A stretch of DNA of 63,867 bases, filler included, from Choristocarpus tenellus KU-1152 (lineage: Eukaryota > Protista > Phaeophyceae), in the NCBI GenBank assembly GCA_964200185.2. It is 13 parts of 13 records of this genome, joined end to end, with 100 filler letters (N's around TTAATTAATTAA, not from the genome) between each part and the next. Parts side by side here need not be neighbours in the genome. Positions count along the whole stretch, not along the records: positions 35,261 to 39,786 come from CAXNAD020014146.1; positions 39,887 to 45,395 come from CAXNAD020010572.1; positions 45,496 to 48,270 come from CAXNAD020024860.1; positions 48,371 to 51,616 come from CAXNAD020021289.1; positions 51,717 to 54,650 come from CAXNAD020023538.1; 8 more parts are not named here. The stretch is one strand, 5' to 3'. Position 1 is the first letter of the stretch. Each line of letters begins with the position of its first letter. Position numbers and translations under genes: made by a program. Below are positions 38,922 to 52,595 of the stretch, piece after piece. The notes below the pieces were generated by a model. The model was not told the DNA's origin, ran no database searches, and worked only from the letters and a program-made list of their open reading frames with translations.

Positions 38922-39892
38922 GTGGGTACTGTAGGAGAAAGGACGTTTTAGGGAACAGGAGAGGGTAGTGGAATGTTTTGACCATCTGAATATAGGAGGA
39001 CCCCCCCCTCACCCTGGGGAGGGCAGGTTGCCCGCTTCAGTGTGGTAGACGATGTGATGATGAAGGTGCATGCTGTGTTGTGTTTGTACTAGCCCTACTC
39101 ATCCAATAGTTGCTGCTTGAAGGCTATCAACAGCGAGCTTTGTCGAGGTGATTCGGTTGCTACGCTTTTTTTTTTGTGTGTTTGGTGCTTGAGTAGTTAG
39201 GGTTTGAGTAGGGTTAGGGTTTACAAATGCACTGCAGCTGTCTCGGCTACGATGCTTCTTTTCACGGGTCTCACTGGCCTGTTTTGGTGAGTGTTGGCTT
39301 GTTCGACAAGCTCTTGATTTTTTTTTTAATGAGGCCCCTTCTGTCTAGCTTTTTTTGATGCAGTGAAAAAATGCCAGCTTGCCTCCGAGAACATCCAATG
39401 GCCTTGAATACGCGATTTTTGGGTTGATGTAGCCTGCTCAAAAGTCCCTCCCCTTCCCCCCCAAACAATCTTTGGTTTTTTCACGGCGGGGTGTTCTCCG
39501 TTGTCGTTGAGTAGGTGACCTGGAATGGGCGTGATCTTGCAGCAGAGACGCCATGGGACAAGGGGTTCTGCATCACGAGGGCAAATAATCTGCTTGTCCT
39601 TGACTCAAGGTGTGCCCTTGTTGGTTGTGTGTATTATTTGCAAGTATTGCATGTCCTGTATTAGAGTGGACAGTGTTTATGTTCTCCACCTCTAGCGTGA
39701 AATGTGCCTCACGCGCAGCATTCCTGAAGATTATATTGAAGAGGGGATAGGGGGGAGAGGATGGAGCTCCGTAGTGGGGGGGGAGGNNNNNNNNNNNNNN
39801 NNNNNNNNNNNNNNNNNNNNNNNNNNNNNNTTAATTAATTAANNNNNNNNNNNNNNNNNNNNNNNNNNNNNNNNNNNNNNNNNNNNCTATAC

Positions 39893-40137
39893 GTGCATCA
39901 GTATCATCTATAGGCCTGTAGATGGGAGCTATACATCCTGTGGAGGTAAGCTTCTGGAGCACACTGTAACATGGAGGTCCTGCCGAGACAGTTCCTTTTT
40001 ATACAATGATATTGATGATAATCCAAGTGAGAGATCCAGCATACTTGACCAGGAGTCGTGCATCAGTATCATCTTTAGGCCTGTAGATTGGAGCTATACA
40101 TCCTGTGGAGGTAAGCTTCTGGAGTGTGCTGTAACAC
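39893..40137. repeat. Duplicated ~80-bp Copia-derived fragment
   Basis: gtgcatcagtatcatct(a/t)taggcctgtagat(g/t)ggagctatacatcctgtggaggtaagcttctggag occurs twice; related to 44380-44420 and 54190-54240. Confidence 0.7.
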
Positions 40138-40148
40138 CTATGTCCCTT

Positions 40149-41760
40149 TGTCTTAGCCATCCATTATCACTGACACATAACCAAAGACTGACTCGTCATA
40201 CTGTTACGTATGTTACTACTCTGTATTGTACCGAACTAAAGCTAAACGTAAATGAAACTGTGTTATATGCTTGTATCAGCACACACAAACATATGTATAA
40301 CACTAGTTGTTCGACATCCTCGCCTTGCTGAAAACAAGCATTAACTCTCTACCAATAACAAAAAAGGACTGCACACATGCTATCCCTCAAAATGTTCATC
40401 AAATCTTTATATGTTGTCTGAAAACTCTCACTGGCAAATTCTTGGTCAACACGTCTGCCCTCAGGTCTTCAGTACCAACAAAAACAACATGAATCTCTCA
40501 TTTTTCCGCCTAAATCCCTCAGAAAATGGTGCCAGACATTGATGTGCTTTGTTTTAGTATAGAGCTAGTGGTATTCCATACTAGTTTAAATTCTTGGTCA
40601 ACACATCTGCCCTCAGGTCTTCAGTACTAACAAAAACAACATGAATCTCTCATTTTTCTTCCTAAATCCCTCAGAAAATGGTGCCAGACATCGATGTGCT
40701 TTGTTTTAGTACAGAGCTAGTGGTATTCCATACTAGTTTGCATGTGCACCATCGCTATCCTCAAGCATATCAATGCAACGTCTAGGGAACTGTAGCAAAA
40801 TAAACTCAATAACACTTCACAAGATAAGCAATTCCTGTGCTACACTGCTAAGGGCTATATACTCACTCTCCGTTGAGGACAGAGCTACAACGTTTGGACC
40901 TTTGACATCAAAGATATACCTCCAATAAAAAAAATGACTCCTCCAGTCACTGATCTCTACACTCATTACAATCTTCAGCATAAATAACATCAGCACAAGC
41001 ACTCAACTCACATTCATTATAAAAACCGCCACAAACTAACCCAACAGCTGGACACGTATGCAAAAATGCTAAAACACTCTCAACTGTATGCCAAATGTGT
41101 AACTTTGGGATTGTTACTGTACTTGACAATGTCTAGCCTGATCTTGACAGATGCCCACATCAAACTATCTACTGCCTCTCGGTATGGGAGATTTTCATCA
41201 ACGCTTGGATGATACTCATTCTTTGTCTAAAGTTCTTCAGAGAGATGATGGGATAACGCCCCCTATTCCTTGCCCCATCCATACCCAATCTTTGACGAAT
41301 CCTCCTAATGTACTGATTCTGACTAATGAAATTGTCTTTGCAATTCTGTCACACGAAATCTCTCAACCCATACAGTATTCAAGATCACCAAAATCTTTTA
41401 TTAAAAACTGCTCCTTGATCCTGGAGTGAACCTGAATCAAAATATCAGATATTCTTGCCACGATAAGATCATCAACAGGATGGACTATTACAGCATAAAG
41501 GATGCCATTTCTTAAGTAGCGTAACACTCAGGGATCTGCTCTACATTGTTCAAAACCACATTGTTCCAAAACGTGTACCAACAAACTATTAAACTTCCTG
41601 CTAGCCTGTTTGATGCCATAAAGAGATTTCACTAAACGCACAATCTCTACTGACCATAAGCCCCATCCATCACATGAATGAACAAATATATTTCCTCTCT
41701 GATTTCTGCCCTAATAAGTTTCTGCTTCATATCCCAGTGCATGCATCCTTGTCTGTAGCC
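40149..41760 (-). mobile_element. Degraded Ty1/Copia RT-RNase H with PPT and 3' LTR (40149-40316)
   Basis: LVKSLYGIKQASRKF, VDDLIV, IKDFGDLEYCMG, VALSSTESEYIALS, KTKHIDV. 168-bp TG...CA LTR preceded on the minus strand by gcaaggcgagga; ~152-bp internal tandem duplication at ~40440-40740. Confidence 0.88.
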
Positions 41761-42632
41761 AGTGCCAAAAACATTAATAAACGTACAGGCCATGTCGCCA
41801 TGGCAAAGGCATCACAGTAATCTAAATCCTCAATCTCATGAAATTCCTGTTGCTACCAATCCAGGAAGAATTATCTCAACATCTTCTTGTACCTCCATCC
41901 AAACCTTACATGTCAACCTCATATTCTTCTTGTACCCTCGATCAGTCCAGGATATACCATTCTCTACACACCCCAACTCTCGGACTGAGAACATATATAC
42001 CCTCTAGTGCTTTGTAGATGTGAAGGGAAATACGCAAATAACACACAAAACACCACAACTGTCTTGTCCTCATCCTTTTTATCAAGGGGAGGATGTTGTA
42101 GCTTGGCTGCCCCCCATCATCATGGGGGTTGCAGATAGCAGAGGTTTCCCCCTTCCTAAGCAGGGGAACAAATTATCATTTGTCTCATAAGGCAGTGTCG
42201 CTCTCCCCTGGCGAAAAACAAAATTCCCTTTACTGGTTCTAACTCTGGCCCAGGTAATTCATCAGCCTCATTAGACGGCGTCGCTCTCCCCTTAGATGAA
42301 GTTTGCGTCGCCCACTCTAAGAGGGTCCTCCCTCTCCTCCAATGCTTCATCGAAGTCACCTTTTGCGCCCAAGAAGTCACTCGTTGTGATGAACCAGCCT
42401 GCATAATTGCCATCAGACAAGTGAAGGAGTTTAGTATGGAGTCCGTTTAAGACCATGAGTGAAGTTTACAACCCAAGCCACTCCAGCTCTAGCTGTGCCT
42501 CCTCAAGCTAGAGTATATTAATCTAGGGTCCTTAAGCGTATTGAATTGCTTTGCGCAGGAAAGGCTTGTTGCCAGAAGCTGCTGGTGGGTTACATGGTGA
42601 ACATACACTGGCTTAATTATCCTGTGACAATT

Positions 42633-42797
42633 TGTCTTAGCCATCCATTAACACTGACGTATGAGCAAACTCACTCATCATTCCGTTACGTGTGTTACTA
42701 CTCTGTACTGTACTGAACAAAATATAGACGTACATGGACCAGCGTTTTGTGCTTGTATCGGCACACATAACGTAAGTATAACACTAGTTATTCGACA
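42633..42797. repeat. Second copy of the same LTR
   Basis: tgtcttagccatccatta...actagttattcgaca aligns with 40149-40316. Confidence 0.8.
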
Positions 42798-42819
42798 ATG
42801 GTTTGAACTGCTGCTCTAG

Positions 42820-43330
42820 TGTGTGCAAATGTCCTTCGCATATGGGAGAACAAGCAATCAAATCATCCATGTAAACCAGCAAACTACTAGTAGACCAAAG
42901 TTGGCAAAGGCTAATGACTTGATTTTATGAAATTGTTAGGGAGCATTTGATATCCCAAACGGCATTCTCTTCAAAACTTATTTGCATCTGAAAGCGACAA
43001 GAGCAGCCTTATCAATATCAGCTTCAGAAAATGGAATTTTTAATACGCACTCTAAATATCACAAACGGTGATGAATTTGACACAACCCATGGTATCAATA
43101 TGAGACTCCATATCTAGCTTAGACCAAGTCTGTCGAACAAAGTGCACGTAAATATTTAAGCAGTAGTCTACACAGAAATGCGGAGAGCCATCAGATTTGG
43201 CTACGATGGTAAAAGGACTACCCCTAGGGCTGGTATGTTTTTCAATGATACCCTGCTCTTTCATATTATTAATAGACTAGTTAGTCACCTGTTGAGTACG
43301 GGTGTTTGCCCTGGACGGGTTCCTACGAAC
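42820..43330 (-). mobile_element. Degraded Ty3/Gypsy reverse transcriptase fragment
   Basis: MKEQGIIEKHTSPRGSPFTIVAKSDGSPHFCVDY, RMPFGISNAP, LVYMDDL. Confidence 0.85.
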
Positions 43331-43649
43331 AGGCTTGATACCAGGTGTGCAATTTACCTTGGAAGGTACTGCTATTTATCCAGTAGTGAGGACAAGAAAG
43401 TGTGTAGCCTCACACGACCCCCTTTGCTGAACGTGAAAAGAATGGATGGATGAAATTAGAAGAGCGACCTTTGTAGGGTGTCTTCTCTTGGTATTTCTTT
43501 ATTATTAGTTGCGTCAGAACAATTTAACTACAATACCGAACTCCATAGATAGTTCAGATGTGCTATCCCTTAGTGATATCATTTGGACTCAGATCAACGC
43601 AATAATCTCACATGCACAAAATAAGGTACACCTCACTATTGTCCTATTT

Positions 43650-45395
43650 TGCACACTCCCCCATGAGCGGAATTAAAAGAACACAGATTGCTTCAACTCT
43701 CTCACACACACAACATTAATCTTATCAACACAGTAAAAGATTACTTCAACTCCAACACACGACATTCATCTAGTCAACACAGTGTCTACAAAGTCTTCTA
43801 CCTGCTTCTTGCGTAATCTTATTGTCAGTATGTCTGCAAGTTGTAGTGCTATCGGTATATACTGTACTGCGAAAAATCCTTGGTTGACATACTCTCTGGT
43901 GGTGCATTACAGCTTGATGTCGACATGCCTTGTCCTTCCATTTGAATGTTACGGGCGAATAGCGCAAGCATTTCTTCTCGTGTTCTAGCAAACGCGAGCA
44001 GTATACGAGATTAGTAGCACATAGGTGGCCTTACAGAATAAATCCTGATTTCTTAGAAGATGCAGAGTAAGCTTCGAAATGCGTACGTAACATTACAGAA
44101 GAAGAAACGTCAATTCCTAGAATAAAGGTTTATGATTGGAGTATGTATACAGCATTTTGCAGATGTCTTTTTACTTGTAGTCTGTTAAAACTGGGTGAGT
44201 GATTAAAATAAATAATACTTTGAAGCCACAAAGTATCTCTTGCTCCACTTTTCTTTATCGATTGAAACATTAAGTCAAGCATTGAGCTAAGCACTGATTG
44301 AATCATCGAGAGAAGAATAGCTGACACCCATACATGGTTATCAACTGTGGAAATATCTCCGTAGCGTCGTTTTGAGGTCGTTGGATTAGAGTTACACATC
44401 CTGTGGAGGTGCGATCTGTTGTAACATGAAACCTTCAGTTATTGCTGCTGCTTGGATTGCACATCGATTGTCCCCATACCAAGTCATGACCCCTAGGGGT
44501 ATGCCCAGCTTCCACAGGATGCCTCTGAGGAATATTGCATGCCTCATTCCATGCACCATTGCTGTCCATCCTGCTTCTGATGAAGATGTGGTTACAGCTC
44601 TTTGCGTCTTGGATTTCCATGCAATAGGTGCCTCATTTAGTAGGATTAGATATCCCGTCATGCTTCGTCTTGAAGCAGTGTCATTGCCCCACTCTGAGGC
44701 TCCATACCCGATCAAGCGCCCGTTGTCCATTTCACCACCAGCAGGATAGTGTATCCCTGCTTTTATGGTGCCTGTTAGGTATCGTAGAACATGTTGCAAC
44801 CCTTTCTAGTGTTGAATGCATTGAGGTATGGCGTTTCTTCCCAGTTCCCGCACACTGTTGGATAGGTCTGGTCATATCATCCCAGCTAGGAATATAAGTT
44901 TCCCCAAAATAGTGCGGTAAGGTCTGTACATCTGGTCTAGCTCCTCCTCATCAGTTGTCCTTGGGGTCAGGTCCATTCCTGGGTTAAAGGTGATGAGGTA
45001 CTCCGTACTTCTGTGGATCCCATTCCTTCACGAACAATGCTCTCTGCATAGAAACGCTGGTCGAGTGTGATGCCAGCCTCATCCCGGTTGATTGCCACCC
45101 CAACCTACTTGTCCGGGGTCCCGAGATCCCGTCCTTCGTACTTAGTAAGCAGATTGCTCTTCATGCTCTTTATTTACTCATCGAAGTCTCCAGTCAACGA
45201 GATGCCATCCACACACAAGAAAGAGGACAGCGATCCTACCATCCTCACCTTCACGTATTGGCAGTTATCGAAGTCGCTAACACTCCACCCCTCATTTACT
45301 ATTGTTCCTTTGAGCCCCTTGTGTTGAAACCTGAATCGAATGCATTGTATATGATACATAGACTACGAAGGAAGAGGAATCATGGTGTTGTAAAG
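43650..45395 (-). mobile_element. Degraded Copia RT/RNase H fragments (at least two elements)
   Basis: HVLRYLTGT...GYGASEWGNDTASRRSMTGYL...IAWKSKTQRAVTTSSSEA (44392-44799), QYIPIALQLADILT (~43820-43870), purine tract ~43655. Confidence 0.85.
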
Positions 45396-45874
45396 NNNNN
45401 NNNNNNNNNNNNNNNNNNNNNNNNNNNNNNNNNNNNNNNTTAATTAATTAANNNNNNNNNNNNNNNNNNNNNNNNNNNNNNNNNNNNNNNNNNNNAGCTG
45501 TTCTTTGTCCTTCATTAAGCACCATCCAAAAGCCGCGGGTCCAGTGTGGGATAATTCAACATAGTCTAGATGGAAAACAGACAAAACATATTAAATAATG
45601 CAACTCTTGTAAAACAAAACAGTAGATAAATCAAAGGGGTTTGCACAGCCATGGTGAAGGATGTTGACCTCCAGGGTCCAGTCTCCACTTCCTGCATTCT
45701 CACCAATCCAGGAAATATTCCTTCTATCACCATCTTGTACCTCCATCCGAACAGGAGATATCAACCTCCTATTCCCCTTGTACCCTTGATCAGTCCAGGA
45801 GGTACCATTCTCAACATCCTCCAGGTCTTGGACTGAGACCAGATATGCCCCCTAGTGCTTGGGTATAGATGAAA

Positions 45875-46049
45875 GGTTCAAAGTATCTGGGGGGTGGCGG
45901 CTGTCCATTTGGGATCAATTTTTTCATGTCATGATTTTTGGGTGATTTGGTTGCATACGTCGGATGGACAATGTAAATGCACTTTTCCTGGTTTTGGCCC
46001 AAATGGACAACCTGGTGTAAACACTCTCCCCCCCCAGACACTTTGGGTC
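45875..46049. mobile_element. Intact family 2 MITE (175 bp) with 3-bp AAA TSD
   Basis: ggttcaaagtatctgggggg...ccccccagacactttgggtc; an empty-site paralog lies at ~48030-48075. Confidence 0.88.
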
Positions 46050-46149
46050 AAACATTCATAACAGGAGGCGAATCATCAGCAAGTTCCATCCTTTCAACTT
46101 CAGCTGTATACATCAATCCATCCCACTCAAAAATAAGTGCAAAACCCTC

Positions 46150-47617
46150 CCTATCAGATATGTGTAGAACTAAAATTTACAACAGGAGGTGGATCATCAG
46201 GGGGTTCCAGCCTTTCAACTTTAGCTGTATACATCAACCCATCCCACTCAAAAATAAGTGGAAGACCCTCCTCATCAGATATGTAACAGGCACCACAAGC
46301 CCCCTTGATAGTGACTTCATCAGCCTTGCAGGCAGAGCGTGAGGATAGGAGGTCGAATGCTAGATTGAGTAATGTGTACCTATTCATCATGACCTACTTT
46401 GAAGTTAAGGTCGAGCATACCATGTCCCTTGATAAGTGATGATGTTCCATTTGCCACTGTCATTTTGGAGCCTTCTGGACATGGTTTGTAGTTTTGTAAA
46501 TGTTAGTCAGATCATTCGTCACACTGTTGGATACCCCCGAATTAAAGCACCATCTCTCTAAACCAAACGCTCTCACCCTGTCATGATCGGCTACAGCAGT
46601 TAATGTGACCTTGAATTGTCTTCCTCCTCTGTTTTTCTTTGACGACTCCAACCCTGGTCCAGCTAATTCTTCCACCTGTTTAGATGGGATCGCCCTCTCC
46701 TGGCGATAAAAGTACTGCAGGTGTCTTTTCCCCCCACAGTTGTGAAACAGTTCTTCAAAAGAACAAGGGCCGGCATGTTTGACCAGTCCACAATTGAAAC
46801 ATTTTTCACGGGTCTCGATCTCACACATGGCACAGGATCCTATCGTACCAGGGTTCATACGATGACTAGTCGCACAGTGGCCACCTCCTCCATTGACCTT
46901 CAGTGACCTCGTGGTTGAAGCGTTTCCAGGCTCTCCACGGATCATAATCCTTGCATCTAGAGCACTCTCAGGCTCTCCGCGGTTCCCTGCTTCTCGTTGG
47001 AGGGAAAAATATCTCGAAGAAGTAGCGCGTTGTATCGTTGCTCTCGTCCATTCTCCATTACTATGGTGTCGTAGGTAGTGTTTGGTAATCTAATCATCAT
47101 TTTCCAAACAATCCAGCATGGCGATTAGTAGAACTCTTGCTCTGATATATCACGTCCCATCATAGTCATCTGTCCTACCCAGTCCATCATGGTGGTGAGC
47201 GTGATCTTGGCATCGGACCCCCTAGACATCTTGACATTCATCATCAACTTCTGCGGCCTAGCAATTTCCTCATCTGAATGGATAAGAAAATATTCGCTTA
47301 GTTGCTTCCACGCCTCAGAAGGTCAAGCTGCATTGCGGACAATGCATCTGTAGAAGCTGCTCGCACTCCTTAACAGGACGTTGTGTGCTTTCTTGGCCTT
47401 GGCAACCTCATCCTCACTAACTCCTTCCCCATTAGTGAACTCTACATTGCCCACTCCAAAGAGGGCCCTCCCTATCATCGAGAGCTTGATCGATATCACC
47501 TTTCACGCCCAAGAAAGCAGGCGTGGTGGCGAACCAGTCAGCATTATTGTCATTAGACAATTGGAGGACTTTGGGGTGGAGTCCGTCTAAGGCCATGAGT
47601 GAAGCTACCCAGGCCAC
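46150..47617 (-). mobile_element. Degraded Copia gag-zinc knuckle-protease
   Basis: PSEAWKQLSEYF (gag), CFNCGLVKH and NCGGKRH (knuckles), WCFNSGVSNSVTND (protease). The 5' part is also present at ~42330-42500. Confidence 0.8.
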
Positions 47618-47658
47618 TCCAGCTCTCCTCTATATCTAGAGTATATTTTTTATAGCGC

Positions 47659-48200
47659 CTTGATTCGGGGGCACCCAACAGTGTGACGAATGAACCGACA
47701 AACATGTACAACTACAAACTATGTTCAGAAGGCCCCAAAATAACAGTGGCCGATGGCACATCATCACCTATTAAGGGACATTGTATGCTCGACCTTAACT
47801 TCAAAGTAGGTCACGATGAGTGGGTACATGCTACTCTAGAGCTGTCATTCTTGCCCCTAACCTAGCATTCAACCTCGTATCCTCAAGCCTTGCCTGTAAG
47901 GTTGATGAAGTCGCTATCAAGGGGACTGGTAATGCCTATTACATCTCTAATGGGGAGGGTCTTCCATATATTTTGAATGGAATGAATTGATGTATACAGC
48001 TGAAGTTGAAACGCTGGAACCCCCCGATGATTCACCTCTTGTTGTGAATATTTCATCTACACCCAAGCACTAGAGGGCATATCTGCTCTCAATCCAAGAG
48101 CTGGAGGGTGTTGAGAATAATATCTTCTGGACTGATCGAGGGTACAAGCAGGTTGATATCTCCTGTTTGGATGGAGGTACAAGATATTGATAAGCTTGGC
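47659..48200 (+). mobile_element. Copia protease-region fragment, inverted relative to the previous copy
   Basis: LDSGAPNSVTNE...ITVADGTSSPIKGHCML; aagg(c/t)tgatgaagtc(a/g)ctatcaagggg shared with ~46300-46330. Confidence 0.75.
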
Positions 48201-48599
48201 GCACATGAGGCTCGTCGCCGGAAGCTAGCAGTTGAATTACATGGTAAAGCACACACTGAATTATTAATTGNNNNNNNNNNNNNNNNNNNNNNNNNNNNNN
48301 NNNNNNNNNNNNNNTTAATTAATTAANNNNNNNNNNNNNNNNNNNNNNNNNNNNNNNNNNNNNNNNNNNNCACACCAAAAAAGTGAAAATCGAAAAAAGG
48401 GTGAAAAACGGACGCCGGCACCCCCCCCCAGATACTTTGACCCAAGTTCATTGTCACTCTGAATTATATCAAATTCATGAAGGCAATCATATATGATGAT
48501 TTTATACACAAAGGAAGATATGCATAAAGTGACAATGCACTGGTATATCATGTGAAAGTATTATTATCAGGGTTCTGATCTGCACCTAATAATAAGGAA

Positions 48600-50300
48600 A
48601 AATTGGTTACGAAGCATGTTTATTCTGGATATGTTGAGGAATAAACTGTGCTTGTGGACCCAATGCTACAGCAAACGAACCATGTTTAGTTCGTTACAAC
48701 CCCGTCGACTCTTTCACTAGACTCGACTTCAGAACCAAAAGAACTACAGGGGTTTATTGTCTGCTGGGCCCCATCAATTGTTACTAAATTTCCTAACCCT
48801 TGCATCTATTTTTTTTTTCTTCGTCCGATACACGTCCTGGTGGTCCTGGCGTGTCTACGTAATCTCTACACCACGCCCATTCGTGGCTTCTGGATTTCTG
48901 TTTGCAAAAAGGATCTTCGTAAGTAATGCGATTGGACGAACGGTCTTTTCAGGCCGACGTTTTTACTCCTTGTTGCCGACCGCGTGAAAGGGGCGTCGAA
49001 GGAGCGTGATAGTTGGTTGAACGTCCGATGAAATATCGATTTAAATTTCGAACTTCTCGTTCAAGTCACTTATTGGTAGCCTGCACAGTGCCGCAATTTT
49101 TGCCGAAGGAAACCCAGGCTTTGCAGAGTGACCGGCGGAAATAGCTAAAACAGTAGTCGGAACAGTCAGCGGAGTCGAAGGGACAGGGGCAACTGCGTGG
49201 GTATGTCTTTTTCCCGTTAGATTGTTGGCTTCATGATGACGCTTAGCACGATTGATAGCTTCAGATAATGTAGAAGCAAAATCTTCCCTGAACTATTTTA
49301 GTTGAAGGTGGGGTTGTAGTCTACCTTCAAAGAGAGCAATTACGATTTGATCAATATATTTATGGTCGCTAGAATCTATAGGTTAAACAGTCAACAGGTG
49401 TAGTAAATCGAACCAAGGTGTCGAAAACGAAGGCAAATACTTCAAGGGTTTCATTGTGTTTTTGGGAAATATTAGCCCACTGTCTGCCCCAGTCGCCCAT
49501 CGCATTTGCGTGACTAAATGTGTTGACAAAGACCACACATAAAATTGATCCCATGTTTTTGGAGCAACAATGGGAACGAGGTGGTGAGAATTATTCTGTA
49601 TTTAAATGGCACGCAATTGGGCAGGGGAACACCATTCACTTTGCCTTCCATACTCTAAATATGTAGCATACTGGCATTTGAATCCAAAATCAGAGGCAAA
49701 TAGGCCATACAAGTCTGATCAATGGTCGACTGGTCACCTTGTGAATCATGGAGTTGGAGTGTGACATGGATACGGAGACTTGTCAAAAAGAGTCGGTACG
49801 TCATATCAGTTGTGTAGTCGAGGGAAGACGCATATCTTTAGGAAATTTCGCAAATGACATTTAGGCAAAGCAGTAATGAGGGCAATGGGCGTGGATTACC
49901 TTGCGTTGGTCATGTCCCTCGTCTCTGTCAAGTTCCGAATGAGGTCCATGTTTGGAGCACACTTTTCCTCCACTGCAGCCCTTAGCTCGTCATTGATTAA
50001 ATTGATGCACAGGTCCCCAGTTGACGACGTCACCGATGGTGCGGCCAACGGTGCTGGCGGTGTTGTGAGAGACCTTGTGGAGGGTACGTGTGCAGTCTGG
50101 GTAACAGGAGGAGTTAGCAGTAAGGGATTTTGACTAACCCCGTGATTATCTGCCCATATCAATTGTTGAACCACACGTTGATCAACCACTCGGAAATCTG
50201 CGTCCACAAATATTCCGCATGATTGGTGAACAAGAAGTTTCCATCCATCTTCTTAAATAACCTCATCAAATGATAAAGGATCTTGATCATGGAAAGGTGG
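48600..50300 (-). mobile_element. Possible degraded LTR-retrotransposon gag region
   Basis: Broken frames WANISQKHNETLEVFAFVFDTL and IALFEGRLQPHLQ resemble retrotransposon gag. Confidence 0.45.
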
Positions 50301-52595
50301 TAATAGATGTTGGTGTAATTCACTCTCTTTGAGTTCCTCCGCCATGAAGCTCTGAAAACGAGTGGTAGTAGTTTGGAACGCGTTCTGTCTTCTCCTTGAT
50401 CGAACCATATGCCAATCCGAATGATGTTGCATATGTGGTGGTGCTCAAAGTAAAGGAAAAATACTCAGAGTTTCCCCAAAAGTACTGTAAAAGTACTCTT
50501 CCCACTTCAGAACGATTGCGGTGGTCGCCACTGTGAACAGATGGAAACAAGCCGACAGGTTCTTCATAGTGAAGGGGATCTAGAAGATCCACAGGCAAGG
50601 AAAAGGAGAGAGACAAGTCAAGAGGGAGAGCAATCCCTCAGAAGATCACTCGGGAAAGGAGTGGACAAGTGGTAAGTGAAATGAGGGGGGTATTGCAAGG
50701 TTCTCTCAAACCACTCGCTCTTACTTCAAGCAGATGTTACCTTCAACATGCAAGAACAAATGTCATATGAATATCAGATTCTTTGAGATAGGTTACCTCA
50801 GGGTATACTTTCTTTGGAAAACGGCTCTCACCTATACTTTGTTAGAATAGGGTTATTAAACGGGGCTCATAGAATCTCTGAGTGTACCCAAGGAGAAAGG
50901 ATCCCACTGTACTTGGTCATCTTGAGTATATGCTTACACATCAGCGTGATTGGCATATTTTTTGTTTGGAACATGAGTGTGCAGACAGTCTTGAAAACGA
51001 GATCATATCGACATATCGTATCGCTATCGGTTCGCCTCCTTGACCGTTTTGGTCCCAATCGTGAGGATCAGACTGTGTGGCAAAAAGGGACGTACGTCTA
51101 TTAACCGACAAGCCCTGATAGTTAAACCACCACCACCAGTTAGGTCCGAACTAGCGAACATGGCTGCTGAACAAATTCTTATACCAGCGAAGCCAGTGCC
51201 ACCCAAAGATATACAGTTGATGATGTACTGGCAATATCCATCATTTGGTATCTTCAAACAGAGCCCATTTATTGGACACTCCCTCAGAAGTCCTTCCACC
51301 CACTTCAGTTGCAAAGTTTCTGGGGAGAGGTGGCGGGTGTTCATTTGGGGTCAATTCACCATGTCCCGTCATTTGGGTGATTTGATCGCATGTGTCGGAT
51401 GGACAATGTATGCTATAGACCTGCGTATGTGTACCTTGGTACGTTGTGCTCAAGAATAGTATGGGAAAACCCTGTAGATATTTTGTGTCATCATAGTAAT
51501 TGTTTTGATTTTGATGAAGTGAATGAATGGTTAGTAGAAACAATGGTTCTTTGCATTAGTACCTCGAATTGGGTTGAAGTATCTGGGGGGGGGGGGTGAT
51601 GGCGTCCGATTTTCACNNNNNNNNNNNNNNNNNNNNNNNNNNNNNNNNNNNNNNNNNNNNTTAATTAATTAANNNNNNNNNNNNNNNNNNNNNNNNNNNN
51701 NNNNNNNNNNNNNNNNGTCTCTTCATTCTTAAATTGTTTCTTCTACAGAATCTTCTTTTACACATGAATAAAAAGCATATTATTAATATACAACTTAAGA
51801 TTTGAAACTATTATTCTTTCCTACTAAATTACATCGTAAGGTTTGTACAAGACTTTCTTTCCTATTTATCACTGGAATGAAGTGTATTAATCTGTGGCGG
51901 CGTGGTTCACTCAGGCAAGGGTGGTGAAGAGTATCACCGGGCAAGACGGACCAGACGGACCAAGACGAATCGTAACCGAGAGGACGAGGTTAAGGTTGGA
52001 CAAGTGCAAAGACTGCAGGGAATTGCAGAGAGTTCCAGGGTGTTGAGAATCTCATGAGGGGGGGATCATCAAAAAACTAAGAAGAAACAACAAAGAGAAT
52101 CTTTATGTTTGACATATCTTATTGAAGAGATGTGCATTACCTGCGGGATTGCTTTCTTGCACAAAATCCCCCACCTCAATCATACGAAAGATCCTAACCT
52201 CAACATCTTCGTGGTGGAAAGTTTTGGGCGCCTCGGTAAGCAAGCAGAAAGTTCTCTGAGTAAGTTGGCAGTGCACAAGGTTTAGTGTTAGGGACTATCC
52301 TTATGGCTGTGCCCACTGCAGGAATTGGTCTGCTTCCATCCCATGATTCAATTGGTATTGGTGATCCTATAGTTCTGATGATCATTCGTTAATCAATTTT
52401 GTACATTCAAAACTAATGGAACACCTACACAAATATATATACCTTGATAAATTGAAATATAAAGGTAATAATCATAATATATTTTTCTGTTCCACCTAAC
52501 AAGGGAAAGCGTTCAGGCAAGAGGAAAAAAATAATGGAGAACGACCAATCAACAGATGTGGGACAACCCCACCGATTAAGGCTGTACCGAGTGAA

